A stretch of DNA of 34,196 bases from an uncultured Candidatus Saccharibacteria bacterium. GTDB taxonomy: Bacteria > Patescibacteriota > Minisyncoccia > Phycocordibacterales > UBA10002. Where the stretch lies: assembly GCA_964579985.1 (NCBI GenBank), contig CAZOIN010000074.1, forward strand, positions 1-34,196, in the 5' to 3' direction. How positions within the stretch are numbered: position 1 is the first letter of the stretch; every line of letters starts with the position of its first letter. Below are positions 6,929 to 16,389 of the stretch, piece after piece. The translations under genes and the position numbers were made by a program. The notes under the pieces were generated by a model. The model saw nothing but the letters and a program-made list of their open reading frames with translations, was not told the origin of the DNA and searched no databases.

Positions 6929-9634
6929 GTGCCACCATTTCATCAATTTACGACCAAAGCAAAAGAAGCGATCAGGAGAGCCCATGAGCTTGCGATCGAA
7001 CGCGGGCAGAATCATGTGAATCCGCTTCATCTTCTTGCCGCACTGATGCTACAGGAAGAAAGTATCGTCATATCCATTCTTGAAAAACTCGAGGTAGATA
7101 CGGTGCTTCTTACCGACTCTGTCCTCGAATCTATCGAAGGAACCGAGGGCACTTCAGTTCTTTCGCCGTCCTATCAGATATACCTTACGCCCGAGCTGGC
7201 TCAGATACTGGAAAACGGAAGCCGTGTAGCCGCGACGCTGAAAGACGAATTCGTCTCGACCGAGCATCTCTTTATCGCGATGTTCGATGTCTCGGGAAGC
7301 GCGCGCGAACTGCTCGCGCGGTTCAAGCTTGAGAAAGCCGCCGTCCTGCGCGTGCTCGAGGAACTTCGCCATAGTCGCGTTACCGATGTCGGCACGTCTC
7401 CGAAGAAATTCCGGTTTCTTGCCAAGTTTACCCGAAACCTTACTTCGCTCGCGCGCGAGAATAAACTCGATCCGGTTATCGGACGAGACAATGAGATTTC
7501 CCGTATCATTCAAATTCTTTCGCGCCGCACCAAAAATAACCCAATCCTCATCGGCGAGGCCGGTGTCGGCAAGACCGCTATCGTCGAGGGTCTCGCGCTG
7601 CGCATGGCGCAGGGAGACATTCCTGAATCGCTCAAGGACAAGGAGCTGGTCTCTCTCGACCTAGGGCTTCTCATTGCCGGCACCAAGTACCGCGGTGAAT
7701 TCGAGGAGCGTCTCAAGAACATCATGAAAGAGATCGAGAAGTCCGATGGTAAAATTATCCTTTTTATTGATGAGATTCATACGATCGTCGGAGCCGGTGC
7801 CGCCGAAGGGGCCATGGACGCGTCCAATATGCTGAAGCCCGCTCTCTCGCGCGGAGAGCTTCGCGCTATCGGAGCCACGACGCTCAAAGAATACCAAAAG
7901 CATATTGAAAAAGATCCCGCGCTTACCCGCCGTTTCCAGCCAGTGTTCGTACCCGAGCCGTCGGTAGAGGACGCGATTACAATCCTTCGTGGACTGAAGG
8001 AAAAGTATGAGCTGTATCACGGCGTGCACATCACCGACGAATCTATCATCGCGGCGGTTAATCTTTCCGCGCGATACATCACGGACCGCTTTTTGCCTGA
8101 CAAGGCCGTCGACCTTATCGACGAGGCCGCTTCTTCGCTCAAGATATCCCTTGAGAATATGCCACCAGTGCTTGAGGAAACCCGTCGCAAAGTCATGCGG
8201 CTTGAGATCGAACGGGAAGCGCTTAAGAAAGAGGCTGATACCGGGAAGCAGGCAAGGGCGCGCATCAAGGAGATCGAGGCCGAGATCGCCGATCTCAAAG
8301 AAAAGACGGAGGAGATAGAGCTGAAGTGGAGGAATGAAAAAGAGACGCTCTCCGAGATCAAGAAATTCAAGAAAGAGCTTGAAATGCTCCGCATTGAAGC
8401 TGAGCAAGCGGAAGCGCGAGCCGACCTTTCCAAAGCTGCGGAGATTCGGTATGGCACAATTCCGGCCATTCAAAAGGAACTTGAGAATAACGCGAGGCGC
8501 CTGAAAAAATTGCAAAGCTCGCGGCGCATTCTCAAGGAGGAAATCCTTTCAAATGATATCGCCGAGATTGTCGCCAAATGGACGGGTATTCCGGTCATGC
8601 GCATGCTTGAGGAAGAAACATCCAAGCTCGTACGCATCGAAGATGAGCTTCGAACTCGTATTATCGGCCAAGACGATCCAATCAAGCGCGTGTCCGATGC
8701 CATCAAGCGAAGCCGTGCCGGCATTTCCGATCCGAATCGCCCTATCGGTTCGTTCCTCTTCCTGGGCCCCACCGGCGTTGGCAAGACCGAGCTCACCAAG
8801 GCGCTCGCTGAATTCATGTTCAACGACGAGCGGGCCCTCATCCGCGTGGATATGTCCGAGTTTATGGAGAAACACTCGGTCTCGAAACTCATCGGTGCTC
8901 CTCCTGGGTATGTCGGCTATGAAGAAGGAGGGACGCTCACCGAAACGATCCGTCACCGTCCGTACGCGGTGGTGCTCTTCGACGAAATCGAAAAGGCCCA
9001 CCCAGAAGTGTTCAATATCTTGCTTCAGATACTTGATGACGGCCGTCTTACCGATGCCAAGGGGCGCGGGGTGAACTTTAGGAATACCATCATCATCCTT
9101 ACTTCAAACATTGGCGGGCAGTTCATCGATAAGATGCAGCGGGTCGGTTTTTCAGTGTCGGGAAAAGCGGGGGATTATGACGATGCCAAGAATAAAATCA
9201 CCGCCGCGCTTAAGGATCATTTTCGTCCAGAATTTCTAAATCGCCTCGACGATATCATCATCTTCGACGTGCTTAGTCCAGAAGCGCTTGAAAGAATCGT
9301 CGGGATTCAGATTAAGCAGGTGGAGGAACGCCTCAAGGCAAAGGAGATCACTATCGTCGTTACTCCTGAGGTCTATAGTTTCCTTTCCAAGGAAGGGTAC
9401 AATCCTCAGTATGGCGCGAGACCGCTGAAGAGGCTCATCCAGAATAAAATTTTAAACCCTATTGCCTCGCTCATCATTGGAAAAGGGATCGGAAAGGGCG
9501 GGAGCGTATCGCTCACTATGAAGAACGGCGATATTCATTTTGAGGTGCGAAAGGGGAGGAACGGGAAAAATGGAAACGGCAACTCTATCCGAAGTGACAT
9601 AATGACGAAGGTAGCGGTGGAAGCAAAAACATAG
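6929..9634 (+). CDS. clpB: ATP-dependent chaperone ClpB
   Basis: Clp N-domain, then D1 with Walker [10 protein letters not shown] and Walker [10 protein letters not shown] long coiled-coil M-domain follows (about residues 400-530). D2 has [19 protein letters not shown] and pore loop GAPPGYVGY, with no IGF/LGF loop. The GTG start is the only start codon after the in-frame TAA at 6917..6919. Confidence 0.93.
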   Translation: MPPFHQFTTKAKEAIRRAHELAIERGQNHVNPLHLLAALMLQEESIVISILEKLEVDTVLLTDSVLESIEGTEGTSVLSPSYQIYLTPELAQILENGSRVAATLKDEFVSTEHLFIAMFDVSGSARELLARFKLEKAAVLRVLEELRHSRVTDVGTSPKKFRFLAKFTRNLTSLARENKLDPVIGRDNEISRIIQILSRRTKNNPILIGEAGVGKTAIVEGLALRMAQGDIPESLKDKELVSLDLGLLIAGTKYRGEFEERLKNIMKEIEKSDGKIILFIDEIHTIVGAGAAEGAMDASNMLKPALSRGELRAIGATTLKEYQKHIEKDPALTRRFQPVFVPEPSVEDAITILRGLKEKYELYHGVHITDESIIAAVNLSARYITDRFLPDKAVDLIDEAASSLKISLENMPPVLEETRRKVMRLEIEREALKKEADTGKQARARIKEIEAEIADLKEKTEEIELKWRNEKETLSEIKKFKKELEMLRIEAEQAEARADLSKAAEIRYGTIPAIQKELENNARRLKKLQSSRRILKEEILSNDIAEIVAKWTGIPVMRMLEEETSKLVRIEDELRTRIIGQDDPIKRVSDAIKRSRAGISDPNRPIGSFLFLGPTGVGKTELTKALAEFMFNDERALIRVDMSEFMEKHSVSKLIGAPPGYVGYEEGGTLTETIRHRPYAVVLFDEIEKAHPEVFNILLQILDDGRLTDAKGRGVNFRNTIIILTSNIGGQFIDKMQRVGFSVSGKAGDYDDAKNKITAALKDHFRPEFLNRLDDIIIFDVLSPEALERIVGIQIKQVEERLKAKEITIVVTPEVYSFLSKEGYNPQYGARPLKRLIQNKILNPIASLIIGKGIGKGGSVSLTMKNGDIHFEVRKGRNGKNGNGNSIRSDIMTKVAVEAKT

Positions 9635-9673
9635 TTTTCTTTTTGCCTTAAAATCTGCTAATATCCTTTTGTC

Positions 9674-9757
9674 GCGCCGGTCGGATAGCGGCTATTCCAG
9701 GAGACTGTAAATCTCCGGCCTTTTCAGGCATCGCAGGTTCGAGTCCTGCCCGGCGCA
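9674..9757 (+). tRNA. tRNA-Tyr (anticodon GTA)
   Basis: Acceptor GCGCCGG/CCGGCGC; anticodon stem GGAGA/TCTCC with loop CTGTAAA. Long variable arm and T arm GCAGG-TTCGAGT-CCTGC. Confidence 0.9.
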
Positions 9758-9762
9758 TTTTT

Positions 9763-10407
9763 ATGAACGGCAAAATCATTTCAAGTGCATATGAGCAGTA
9801 TGCAACAGAGCACTCCACACCCGAGTCATCTCTACTTCATGAATTGGCAGAAGAAACGAAGAGTCGAACTGGTGAAGATGCCATCATGCAAGTGGGGCAT
9901 CTTGAAGGTGCCTTTCTCAAACTCTTGGTGCAGATTTCAAGCGCCAAACGCGTGCTTGAGATTGGAACCTTTACCGGCTATAGCGCGCTTGTGATGGCCG
10001 AAGAGCTGTCCGAGGATGGAAGGCTTATTACGCTTGATGTCAATAAAACCTATACTGATATCGCAAAGAAGTTTTGGGCAAAGAGTTCGCACGGTAAGAA
10101 GATTACACTCATTCTCGGCGAGGCACTCCAAACGCTTCAGAAACTCGACCCGTTCTTTGACCTCGTGTTCATTGATGCGGATAAAGCAAATTATTTGCAT
10201 TACTGGAATCTTTGTCTCCCCAAAGTGCGGCAAGGGGGATTATTAGTAGTTGATAACGTGCTGTGGAGTTTGGGAGACATTTTTCACCCAAAAGATGTTA
10301 CCGAAAAGGCAATCGCTTCCTTTAACGAATTTGTTCGCACCGACAAACGGGTCAACGTCGTAATACTTACTGTCCGCGACGGTGTTACCATTGCAGTGAA
10401 AAAGTAA
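9763..10407 (+). CDS. class I SAM-dependent O-methyltransferase (family 3, caffeoyl-CoA OMT/YrrM-like)
   Basis: Motifs VLEIGTFTGYSALVMAE (SAM-binding motif I), DLVFIDADKANY and GGLLVVDNVLW. Confidence 0.85.
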   Translation: MNGKIISSAYEQYATEHSTPESSLLHELAEETKSRTGEDAIMQVGHLEGAFLKLLVQISSAKRVLEIGTFTGYSALVMAEELSEDGRLITLDVNKTYTDIAKKFWAKSSHGKKITLILGEALQTLQKLDPFFDLVFIDADKANYLHYWNLCLPKVRQGGLLVVDNVLWSLGDIFHPKDVTEKAIASFNEFVRTDKRVNVVILTVRDGVTIAVKK

Positions 10408-10416
10408 TTCTGTCTG

Positions 10417-11571
10417 ATGATGACCATACCTACGCAAGATCGTATTGGCCTCCGCACATGGATAGAGATTGATCGAAAGGCGATTAAGCATAATTTTGGC
10501 GTGTTCAAAAGGCTCATTTCTTCCAAGACTAAGTTGATGGCTGTGGTTAAGTCCAACGCGTACGGCCACGGCCTTATCGATTTTGCGAAGGAGATGGAAA
10601 AATTGGGCGCCGATTTTCTCGGCGTGGACTCCATGACTGAAGCTCGCGCACTTCGACGAGAGGGAAATACGTTGCCCATTCTTGTGCTCGGCTACACCAT
10701 GCCCGGACTTTTTGCCGAAGCGGCAGAGAATAATATCTCGCTTTCGGTTTCCACATTCGAGACGTTGGCAGCGATCGCGAAAACAAAACTCGTAAGGCCC
10801 CTCAACATACACATTAAGGTGGATACCGGCATGCATAGACAAGGATTTCTTTTCACCGACATTTCTAAAGTCCTATCTCTACTCATCTCTAAACGCTTTA
10901 CGCTAAACGCTTCAGTAGAAGGTTTATTCACTCATTTTGCCGCGGCAAAAAATCCTGCTTTTCCAAAAGACACGGCAACACAGAATGCCGAGTTTGGCAT
11001 GTGGGTCAAAGAATTTCGAAAGGTTGGACTGCGTCCAATTTGTCACGCCGCGGCGACCTCCGGGACAATGCTTTTTCCCGAATCTCATTTTGATATGGTT
11101 CGAGTGGGAATTGGGCTATACGGATTGTGGCCCGCGGAAGAGGTTAAAAATTATTTGAGAAGTCGTGTCGCACTAAGGCCAATTCTTGCGTGGAAGTCTC
11201 TTGTGACGGAGCGGAAGCGAATTCCAAAAGGGGCGAGAATTGGCTACGACCTTACCGAAACTCTTTTGCGCGATTCCATCATTGCAATAGTTCCGATTGG
11301 GTACTGGCACGGATATCCCCGCGCGCTTTCATCCATTGGACACGTGCTCATTCGGGGAAAAGAGGCAAAGGTGCTTGGCCGGGTGAGTATGGATATGATT
11401 GCGGTTGATACGACCTTAGTGCGGGGCATTCAGGTGGGAGATGAGGTAACCATCATTGCTCCAAAGCCTACATCGGTGGCGTCCGTCGAGAGTATCGCAC
11501 GGAGCCTTGATGCATCGTGGTACGAAATTGTTACGCGCCTCAATCCGCTCATCAAGCGCATCTATCGGTAG
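10417..11571 (+). CDS. alr: alanine racemase
   Basis: PLP-lysine motif AVVKSNAYGHG, plus HIKVDTGMHRQGF, GLFTHFA and VSMDM. Confidence 0.92.
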   Translation: MMTIPTQDRIGLRTWIEIDRKAIKHNFGVFKRLISSKTKLMAVVKSNAYGHGLIDFAKEMEKLGADFLGVDSMTEARALRREGNTLPILVLGYTMPGLFAEAAENNISLSVSTFETLAAIAKTKLVRPLNIHIKVDTGMHRQGFLFTDISKVLSLLISKRFTLNASVEGLFTHFAAAKNPAFPKDTATQNAEFGMWVKEFRKVGLRPICHAAATSGTMLFPESHFDMVRVGIGLYGLWPAEEVKNYLRSRVALRPILAWKSLVTERKRIPKGARIGYDLTETLLRDSIIAIVPIGYWHGYPRALSSIGHVLIRGKEAKVLGRVSMDMIAVDTTLVRGIQVGDEVTIIAPKPTSVASVESIARSLDASWYEIVTRLNPLIKRIYR

Positions 11572-11642
11572 TTCTTGCATGGTGCATAAGGCCAGACTGC
11601 ATGTTGCTCTTTTTTCACTTTCCTGCTATCTTTCCTCTGTTA

Positions 11643-11677
11643 CTAAACGCTAGCCGCTAATCGCTAAACGCTATCCC
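11643..11677 (+). repeat. heptad-periodic CGCTNNN x4 array with two CTAAACGCT words, ending at the rpmG start codon
   Basis: cgctagc cgctaat cgctaaa cgctatc spans 11648..11675. The 15-mer CGCTAAACGCTATCC is shared with 5177..5191. Confidence 0.85.
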
Positions 11678-11836
11678 ATGAGTCAAGACCGCCTAATCAA
11701 ACTTTCCTGCGCGACCTGTAAGCGAACCAATTACTGGAGCGAGAAAAACAAGAAAAAAGTTGAGCGCAAAATCGAGCTCAAGAAGTTTTGCAATTGGTGC
11801 ATGAAGCGTACCGTCCACAAGGAATCAAAGAAATAA
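11678..11836 (+). CDS. rpmG: 50S ribosomal protein L33 (zinc-ribbon type)
   Basis: 52-codon ORF below the track cut-off: MSQDRLIKLSCATCKRTNYWSEKNKKKVERKIELKKFCNWCMKRTVHKESKK. It carries CxxC...CxxC and the typical L33 length and charge. A strong terminator follows. Confidence 0.88.
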   Translation: MSQDRLIKLSCATCKRTNYWSEKNKKKVERKIELKKFCNWCMKRTVHKESKK

Positions 11837-11842
11837 CAAAAA

Positions 11843-11865
11843 CCTCCGCACATGCGGAGGTTTTT
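11843..11865 (+). terminator. intrinsic terminator after rpmG
   Basis: Hairpin cctccgca-ca-tgcggagg followed by TTTTT. An A-run upstream makes it potentially bidirectional. Confidence 0.85.
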
Positions 11866-11872
11866 GTTATTG

Positions 11873-11944
11873 CGGGCCCGCCGCGAGTCGAACGCGGAAC
11901 CTCGGTTTTGGAGACCGATGTTTTACCATTGAAACTACAGGCCC
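11873..11944 (-). tRNA. tRNA-Trp (anticodon CCA)
   Basis: Acceptor GGGCCTG/CGGGCCC; D stem GTTT/AAAC; anticodon stem TCGGT/ACCGA with loop CTCCAAA. T arm CCGCG-TTCGACT-CGCGG; discriminator G. Confidence 0.9.
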
Positions 11945-11967
11945 AACTAAGAAATAGTAACACGAAA

Positions 11968-12948
11968 TCAAGTCGAGAGAAACCCTCGCGCCGCTTTCTC
12001 GATGGCCCGTTTTTCGTTGGCTTTAAACCATGCAATACCTTTTTCTCGCTTAAACCAGGTCATCTGTCGTTTGGCATACTGCCAGATTTCCGTTTGCAGT
12101 TTCCCAATCATTTCTTCCTTTGACAGAAGTCCGCGCAGGTATCGGGAAATATATCGATACTCCAGTCCGAGCTCCTCCATTCGCTTCCAGGATAAGCCTC
12201 TCCTGTGTAGCCTTCGAACCTCCTCAATCATCTGTTCTCCAATTCGCGCGAATAGGCGAATAGCTATTTTTCTTTTCACTTCATCAGGAGAGAGGGTAAG
12301 ACCGATAAAAAGCACGTCAATATCTTCTCGCGGAGCATTTGGGTATGGCGGGATTTTTCCGAGTGCCACGGCTATCTCGATTGCCCGTATTAATCGGCGA
12401 GGATTTAGTGCATCAATAGTTTTGGCGCGCCTTGCATCGAGCTTTTTGAGCATGGAAAAAAGCTCCACTTTCGTTTTCTTTTCGAGCCTCTTTCGCAAAT
12501 TGTGATTCGGCGGGACTTCGGGGAATACCACATCGTTCACGATAGCCTGAATATACAGACCGGTTCCCCCAACAATGATGGGAAGTTTACCTCTTGAGAA
12601 AATCTGCTCAAGCTTTACCCTTGCCAGCTTTTGATATTTGGCAACACTAAACTGCTTTTTCGGGTCAGCGACATCAAGCAAATGGTGGGAGACACCCTGC
12701 ATTTCTTTCTTAATGATCTTGCCCGTACCAATATCAAGGTTTGTGTACACCTGCCTTGAGTCGGCGGAAATGACTTCGCCGTGGTATCTTTTGGCAAGCG
12801 AAACCGCGAGCGAGCTTTTGCCCACAGCCGTCGGCCCAACGATCACCAGCATTTTTCGCGGGAATCCCCCTACGGTCCGCGCATCTATTCCATTAGTCGC
12901 GCGAATAATGGAATAGACTGTTCTGCCCTTTAGGGGTGTTTTTAACAT
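11968..12948 (-). CDS. miaA: tRNA dimethylallyltransferase
   Basis: P-loop GPTAVGKSSLA, plus ISADSRQVYTNLDIGTGK and IVGGTGLYI. An alternative start at ATG 12852 (MLVIVGPT...) would give the more usual N-terminus. Confidence 0.9.
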   Translation of the reverse strand: MLKTPLKGRTVYSIIRATNGIDARTVGGFPRKMLVIVGPTAVGKSSLAVSLAKRYHGEVISADSRQVYTNLDIGTGKIIKKEMQGVSHHLLDVADPKKQFSVAKYQKLARVKLEQIFSRGKLPIIVGGTGLYIQAIVNDVVFPEVPPNHNLRKRLEKKTKVELFSMLKKLDARRAKTIDALNPRRLIRAIEIAVALGKIPPYPNAPREDIDVLFIGLTLSPDEVKRKIAIRLFARIGEQMIEEVRRLHRRGLSWKRMEELGLEYRYISRYLRGLLSKEEMIGKLQTEIWQYAKRQMTWFKREKGIAWFKANEKRAIEKAARGFLST

Positions 12949-13000
12949 TGGAGAAGACTCATACTTTTCATGGTTTGTTTTTTAGCATACTATAGTAAGG

Positions 13001-13336
13001 ATGATTATTCGAATTATAGAGAAGCCGATTACCCGAGCAGAGGCAAAAGAGATCGCCGAAGAATTTTATATTGATATGGTAAAAGGTGTGGTTGACATAG
13101 AACAGGAAATTATCGCGCTTGGCGGTGAATGGCACATAGACGCCAATCATCTGATTCTTGGTAGTGGGTCGCGACAAGATATGGTATGGGGTTTTAACTT
13201 CTACCCGGATGAAAATCGCATCGAGTATACCTCTCTCATTAACATCCGACCTGCCCAGAATAACCGCAAGATCGAAGTCCAGGATGAAAAGCTGAAAAGA
13301 AGAATGGAAGAGGTAATACGAAAACTCATTATATGA
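13001..13336 (+). CDS. DUF5674-like protein
   Basis: 111 aa. The core DMVKGVVDIEQEIIALGGEWHIDANHLILGSGSRQDMVWGFNFYPDE...INIRPAQNNR matches my recollection of DUF5674 proteins. TACTAT at 12988..12993 lies 7 nt before the ATG. Confidence 0.65.
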   Translation: MIIRIIEKPITRAEAKEIAEEFYIDMVKGVVDIEQEIIALGGEWHIDANHLILGSGSRQDMVWGFNFYPDENRIEYTSLINIRPAQNNRKIEVQDEKLKRRMEEVIRKLII

Positions 13337-13632
13337 AAGCACGAACTCCTGCATTTCTCATGGCCAATTTAGGAAGCGATATGGCACAGCTTTTCTCACA
13401 CCTCGAGAGAGGGGAGAAACAGTTGGCACTATCCGCTTCGGGACGAGCGCAATCGATCATTGCGGAGTTACTTGTTCATAACGAACTTACGGAAAGGACA
13501 GGGGAGGTCGAGATACTGCGCGCTATTATTGTTGACGCGCTTTCGGAAAGACGCCTTCTCGAGGTGAATAAAAACGAGCTCGGGGATTACTTCTTGCCAT
13601 TTTCAATGCGCGTTTTACAGCACACGTTATAA
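13333..13632 (+). CDS. hypothetical protein (99 aa), translationally coupled to the DUF5674-like gene
   Basis: ATGA overlap at 13333..13336. Helical-looking sequence; no family recognised. Confidence 0.55.
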   Translation: MKARTPAFLMANLGSDMAQLFSHLERGEKQLALSASGRAQSIIAELLVHNELTERTGEVEILRAIIVDALSERRLLEVNKNELGDYFLPFSMRVLQHTL

Positions 13633-13640
13633 GTTACGTC

Positions 13641-13676
13641 TATTCTGGTATTCTCAAGAATATCAGAATAGATAAT
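13641..13676 (+). promoter_or_regulatory. 13-bp inverted repeat (TATTCTGGTATTC-N4-GAATATCAGAATA) abutting a GATAAT -10 box
   Basis: The arms are 13641..13653 and 13658..13670, with one mismatch. GATAAT at 13671..13676 lies 7 nt upstream of ATG 13684. No T-run follows, so an operator fits better than a terminator. Confidence 0.45.
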
Positions 13677-13683
13677 AGAGAGT

Positions 13684-16125
13684 ATGTTCACGAAGATTTT
13701 TCAAAAGATAGATAAAAACGACCCGAACAGTGCGGGCGGAAAGGGTGCGTCACTTGGAGAAATGACGAATGCAGGCATTCCCGTACCACCGGGGTTTGTA
13801 TTGCTTGCGGATGCGTTTGAGCGGTTTCTTGAAGAGACCGATCTTAACGTGGAAATTGACGCGATACTTCATACGGTTAATCATCGTGAAATACACACTG
13901 TTGAAGGAGCGTCGGAGAAGATAGAGGCACTCATTCTTGAAGCAAAAATGCCCAAAGATATTGCAGACGAGATCAAAGCCCAGTTCAAGAAACTTAATGC
14001 AAAATTTGTTGCGGTGCGTTCTTCCGCCACAGCCGAGGATGGCGCGACTGCCGCATGGGCGGGACAGCTTGATAGTTTTCTTAATACCACTGAAAAAGAA
14101 CTCTTACACAATGTGCAAAGATGCTGGGCATCCCTTTTAACCCCCCGCGCTATTTTTTATCGCTTCGAAAAGGGTTTACACAAAACAAAAATCTCCGTGG
14201 CGGTAGTGGTGCAGAAAATGGTTGAGTCGGAGGTTTCTGGCATTGCCTTTTCGGTGCATCCAGTCACCGAGGATAGGAACCAACTGATTATTGAGGCCGG
14301 TTTTGGCCTTGGCGAAGCAATTGTTTCTGGCCAGATTACGCCTGACAGCTACGTAGTCGAGAAAACTCCTCGTCGGATTATTGACAAAAACATCTCGGAG
14401 CAAGAACGGGGCCTCTATAGAGCTTCACTTTACTTGGGTAAAGTGGAGCAGAAGGGAGGAAATGAGTGGAAGGGTATTTCGAAAGAGCACGGCGGTACAC
14501 AGAAATTATCCGATGAGCAAATTCTTGAGCTTTCTGAACTGGTTCTCCATATCGAAAATCATTACGGCTTCCCCTCCGATATCGAATGGGCGTTCGCCAA
14601 AGGCAAGTTTTATATCCTCCAAAGCCGTCCGATTACCACTCTTTCCTCAGAGAAGCCGTCCCTCATCGGGTCCAGCAATGAGCGGACTGAAGAATGGATG
14701 GCGTGGATTTGGCCGGGATTGTATTGGTATCAAGTAATACACCCAATGTTTGCGTGGCAACAGGATTTTAAAGAATATGGGCTCTCTATAGCCAAACTGG
14801 TCGTAACGTACTCAAAGGGGACGTCGGCTTATTACTTTGTCAGAAGAGAGTATGAGGAAGAAGGAAGAAAGTTATTTGAAAAGGTTAAAAAAGATTCCAA
14901 CCTCTTAGCATCAGTTTTAGAAAAAATAAATACAGCGGCAGAAGAAATTTTTGAGCTCGGTGAAAAATGGAAAGGTACTGATTTTTCAAGTCTCTCTGAT
15001 AAGGAACTCATTAGACACCATAGATTGCTGTTTAGCTTCGACGAGCCTTTATGGAGAAACGGACAAATTCCCAACCTTTTGGAATTAGATAACAATTATT
15101 TATCAGAACACGTAAAATCAATACTAGAAGAAAAATATGGCATAGGAAGAGCTCAAGAATTATTTACTATTCTTACAACATCGACTTTTGAGTCAAAGAG
15201 TGAAAAAGAGCAATTTGACTTCCTAACACTGCTTAAACAGTATAAGAATCTAGATTCAGTTGCCAAGCAAAAAATACAGGCGCATTGGCATATGTATATG
15301 TGGATGACTTTTGGATGGGCTGGCCCAGCTCTTTCGTACAGATATTTTGAAGAGATGTTTAAAAATGCAATCAAGACAAGATCCCATTTTGTTAAAGAAA
15401 TTGAAGAAAAAATAGAAATCAAAAGAAAACTATTACAGCAACAAAAAGAGATTCTTAATGAAATCTTATCTAGGGATCGACTATTTGTAGTCTTACTTCG
15501 AAAGATACTCGAAGCTAAAGCGCGCAGAGTCGATGCTCATTCATTGACATATTTCTTGGCAGAAAAGATGATGAAAGAAATCGGCAAACGAGTAGGTTTA
15601 TCGATCAATCAAATGAGAATAGTCATCCCCTCTGAAGTACCGAAATTATTTAAAATTGTAAACGTAGAAAAAATAAATGACGAGTATGAAAGAGTACTTA
15701 TATGGTTTGAAAACGGGATTTCAAAAAAATATACAGGTACATCTGCGGAGAAAAAGCTAAAATACGTCTTTGATCGATTACCGGAAACTCTCGACACTGA
15801 AGAATTAAAAGGCCAGTTGGCTTATCCGGGTAAAGTAAAAGGAAATATAAAGGTAATATTGGATATAAAGGATGCGAAAAAATTTCAAGAGGGAGAAATA
15901 TTAGTTACCCGAATGACTGATCCGAGTTATGTACCCCTAATGAAGGTCGCAAGGGCTATCGTTACAGATATTGGCGGTATAACTTGTCATGCCGCCATCG
16001 TTGCCCGCGAGATGAGAAAACCCTGCATCATCGGCACGAAAATCGCCACCAAAGTTCTGAAGGACGGGGATATGGTGGAGGTGGATGCAAATGAGGGGGT
16101 GGTGAGGATTTTGAGAAAAGCATAA
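13684..16125 (+). CDS. PEP-utilizing-enzyme family phosphotransferase (ATP-grasp PPDK_N domain, helical middle, C-terminal swivel-His domain; no PEP/pyruvate TIM barrel)
   Basis: N-terminal motifs are GGKGASLGEMTNAGIPVPPGFV, VAVRSSATAEDG and DIEWAFAKGKFYILQSRPIT. The C-terminus carries VTRMTDPSYVPLM...IVTDIGGITCHAAIVAREMRKPCIIGT, and the gene ends about 35 residues later. Length and domain order resemble rifampicin phosphotransferase and YvkC-type enzymes. Confidence 0.85.
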   Translation: MFTKIFQKIDKNDPNSAGGKGASLGEMTNAGIPVPPGFVLLADAFERFLEETDLNVEIDAILHTVNHREIHTVEGASEKIEALILEAKMPKDIADEIKAQFKKLNAKFVAVRSSATAEDGATAAWAGQLDSFLNTTEKELLHNVQRCWASLLTPRAIFYRFEKGLHKTKISVAVVVQKMVESEVSGIAFSVHPVTEDRNQLIIEAGFGLGEAIVSGQITPDSYVVEKTPRRIIDKNISEQERGLYRASLYLGKVEQKGGNEWKGISKEHGGTQKLSDEQILELSELVLHIENHYGFPSDIEWAFAKGKFYILQSRPITTLSSEKPSLIGSSNERTEEWMAWIWPGLYWYQVIHPMFAWQQDFKEYGLSIAKLVVTYSKGTSAYYFVRREYEEEGRKLFEKVKKDSNLLASVLEKINTAAEEIFELGEKWKGTDFSSLSDKELIRHHRLLFSFDEPLWRNGQIPNLLELDNNYLSEHVKSILEEKYGIGRAQELFTILTTSTFESKSEKEQFDFLTLLKQYKNLDSVAKQKIQAHWHMYMWMTFGWAGPALSYRYFEEMFKNAIKTRSHFVKEIEEKIEIKRKLLQQQKEILNEILSRDRLFVVLLRKILEAKARRVDAHSLTYFLAEKMMKEIGKRVGLSINQMRIVIPSEVPKLFKIVNVEKINDEYERVLIWFENGISKKYTGTSAEKKLKYVFDRLPETLDTEELKGQLAYPGKVKGNIKVILDIKDAKKFQEGEILVTRMTDPSYVPLMKVARAIVTDIGGITCHAAIVAREMRKPCIIGTKIATKVLKDGDMVEVDANEGVVRILRKA

Positions 16126-16128
16126 AAC

Positions 16129-16389
16129 ATGATACCATTTCGGAGTATGAAAGTTAGTAAGAACAATTATCATTACAACATCATCGTTACCCCCGAAAAG
16201 GAAGGTGGCTTTACCGTTGTGGTACCTGCTTTACCTGGTTGTGTTACGTATGGGAAAACGCTTACGGAAGCGAAACGAATGGCAGGGGATGCTATTTACG
16301 GGTACATTCAAAGTTTGAAGAAACATGGCGAACAAATTCCATCCGACGAAGACACGTACGTTTCGTCTCTCGATGTGACCTATGCCTAA
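16129..16389 (+). CDS. hicB: HicB family antitoxin
   Basis: Motif EGGFTVVVPALPGCVTYGKTLTEAKRMAGDAIYGYIQSLKKHGEQIP. The start may instead be ATG 16147. The gene overlaps hicA by 8 nt. Confidence 0.85.
   Translation: MIPFRSMKVSKNNYHYNIIVTPEKEGGFTVVVPALPGCVTYGKTLTEAKRMAGDAIYGYIQSLKKHGEQIPSDEDTYVSSLDVTYA

Noticed and set aside
7661-8515. 284-aa minus-strand ORF (with neighbours 8017..8469, 8470..8892 and 8549..9001)
   Set aside because: It lies entirely antisense to, or out of frame within, the well-supported clpB gene. Its composition is low-complexity and R/L/F-rich, typical of shadow ORFs.
10243-10842. 199-aa minus-strand ORF
   Set aside because: Antisense to alr and the O-methyltransferase gene. 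It has no recognisable motifs and an atypical composition.
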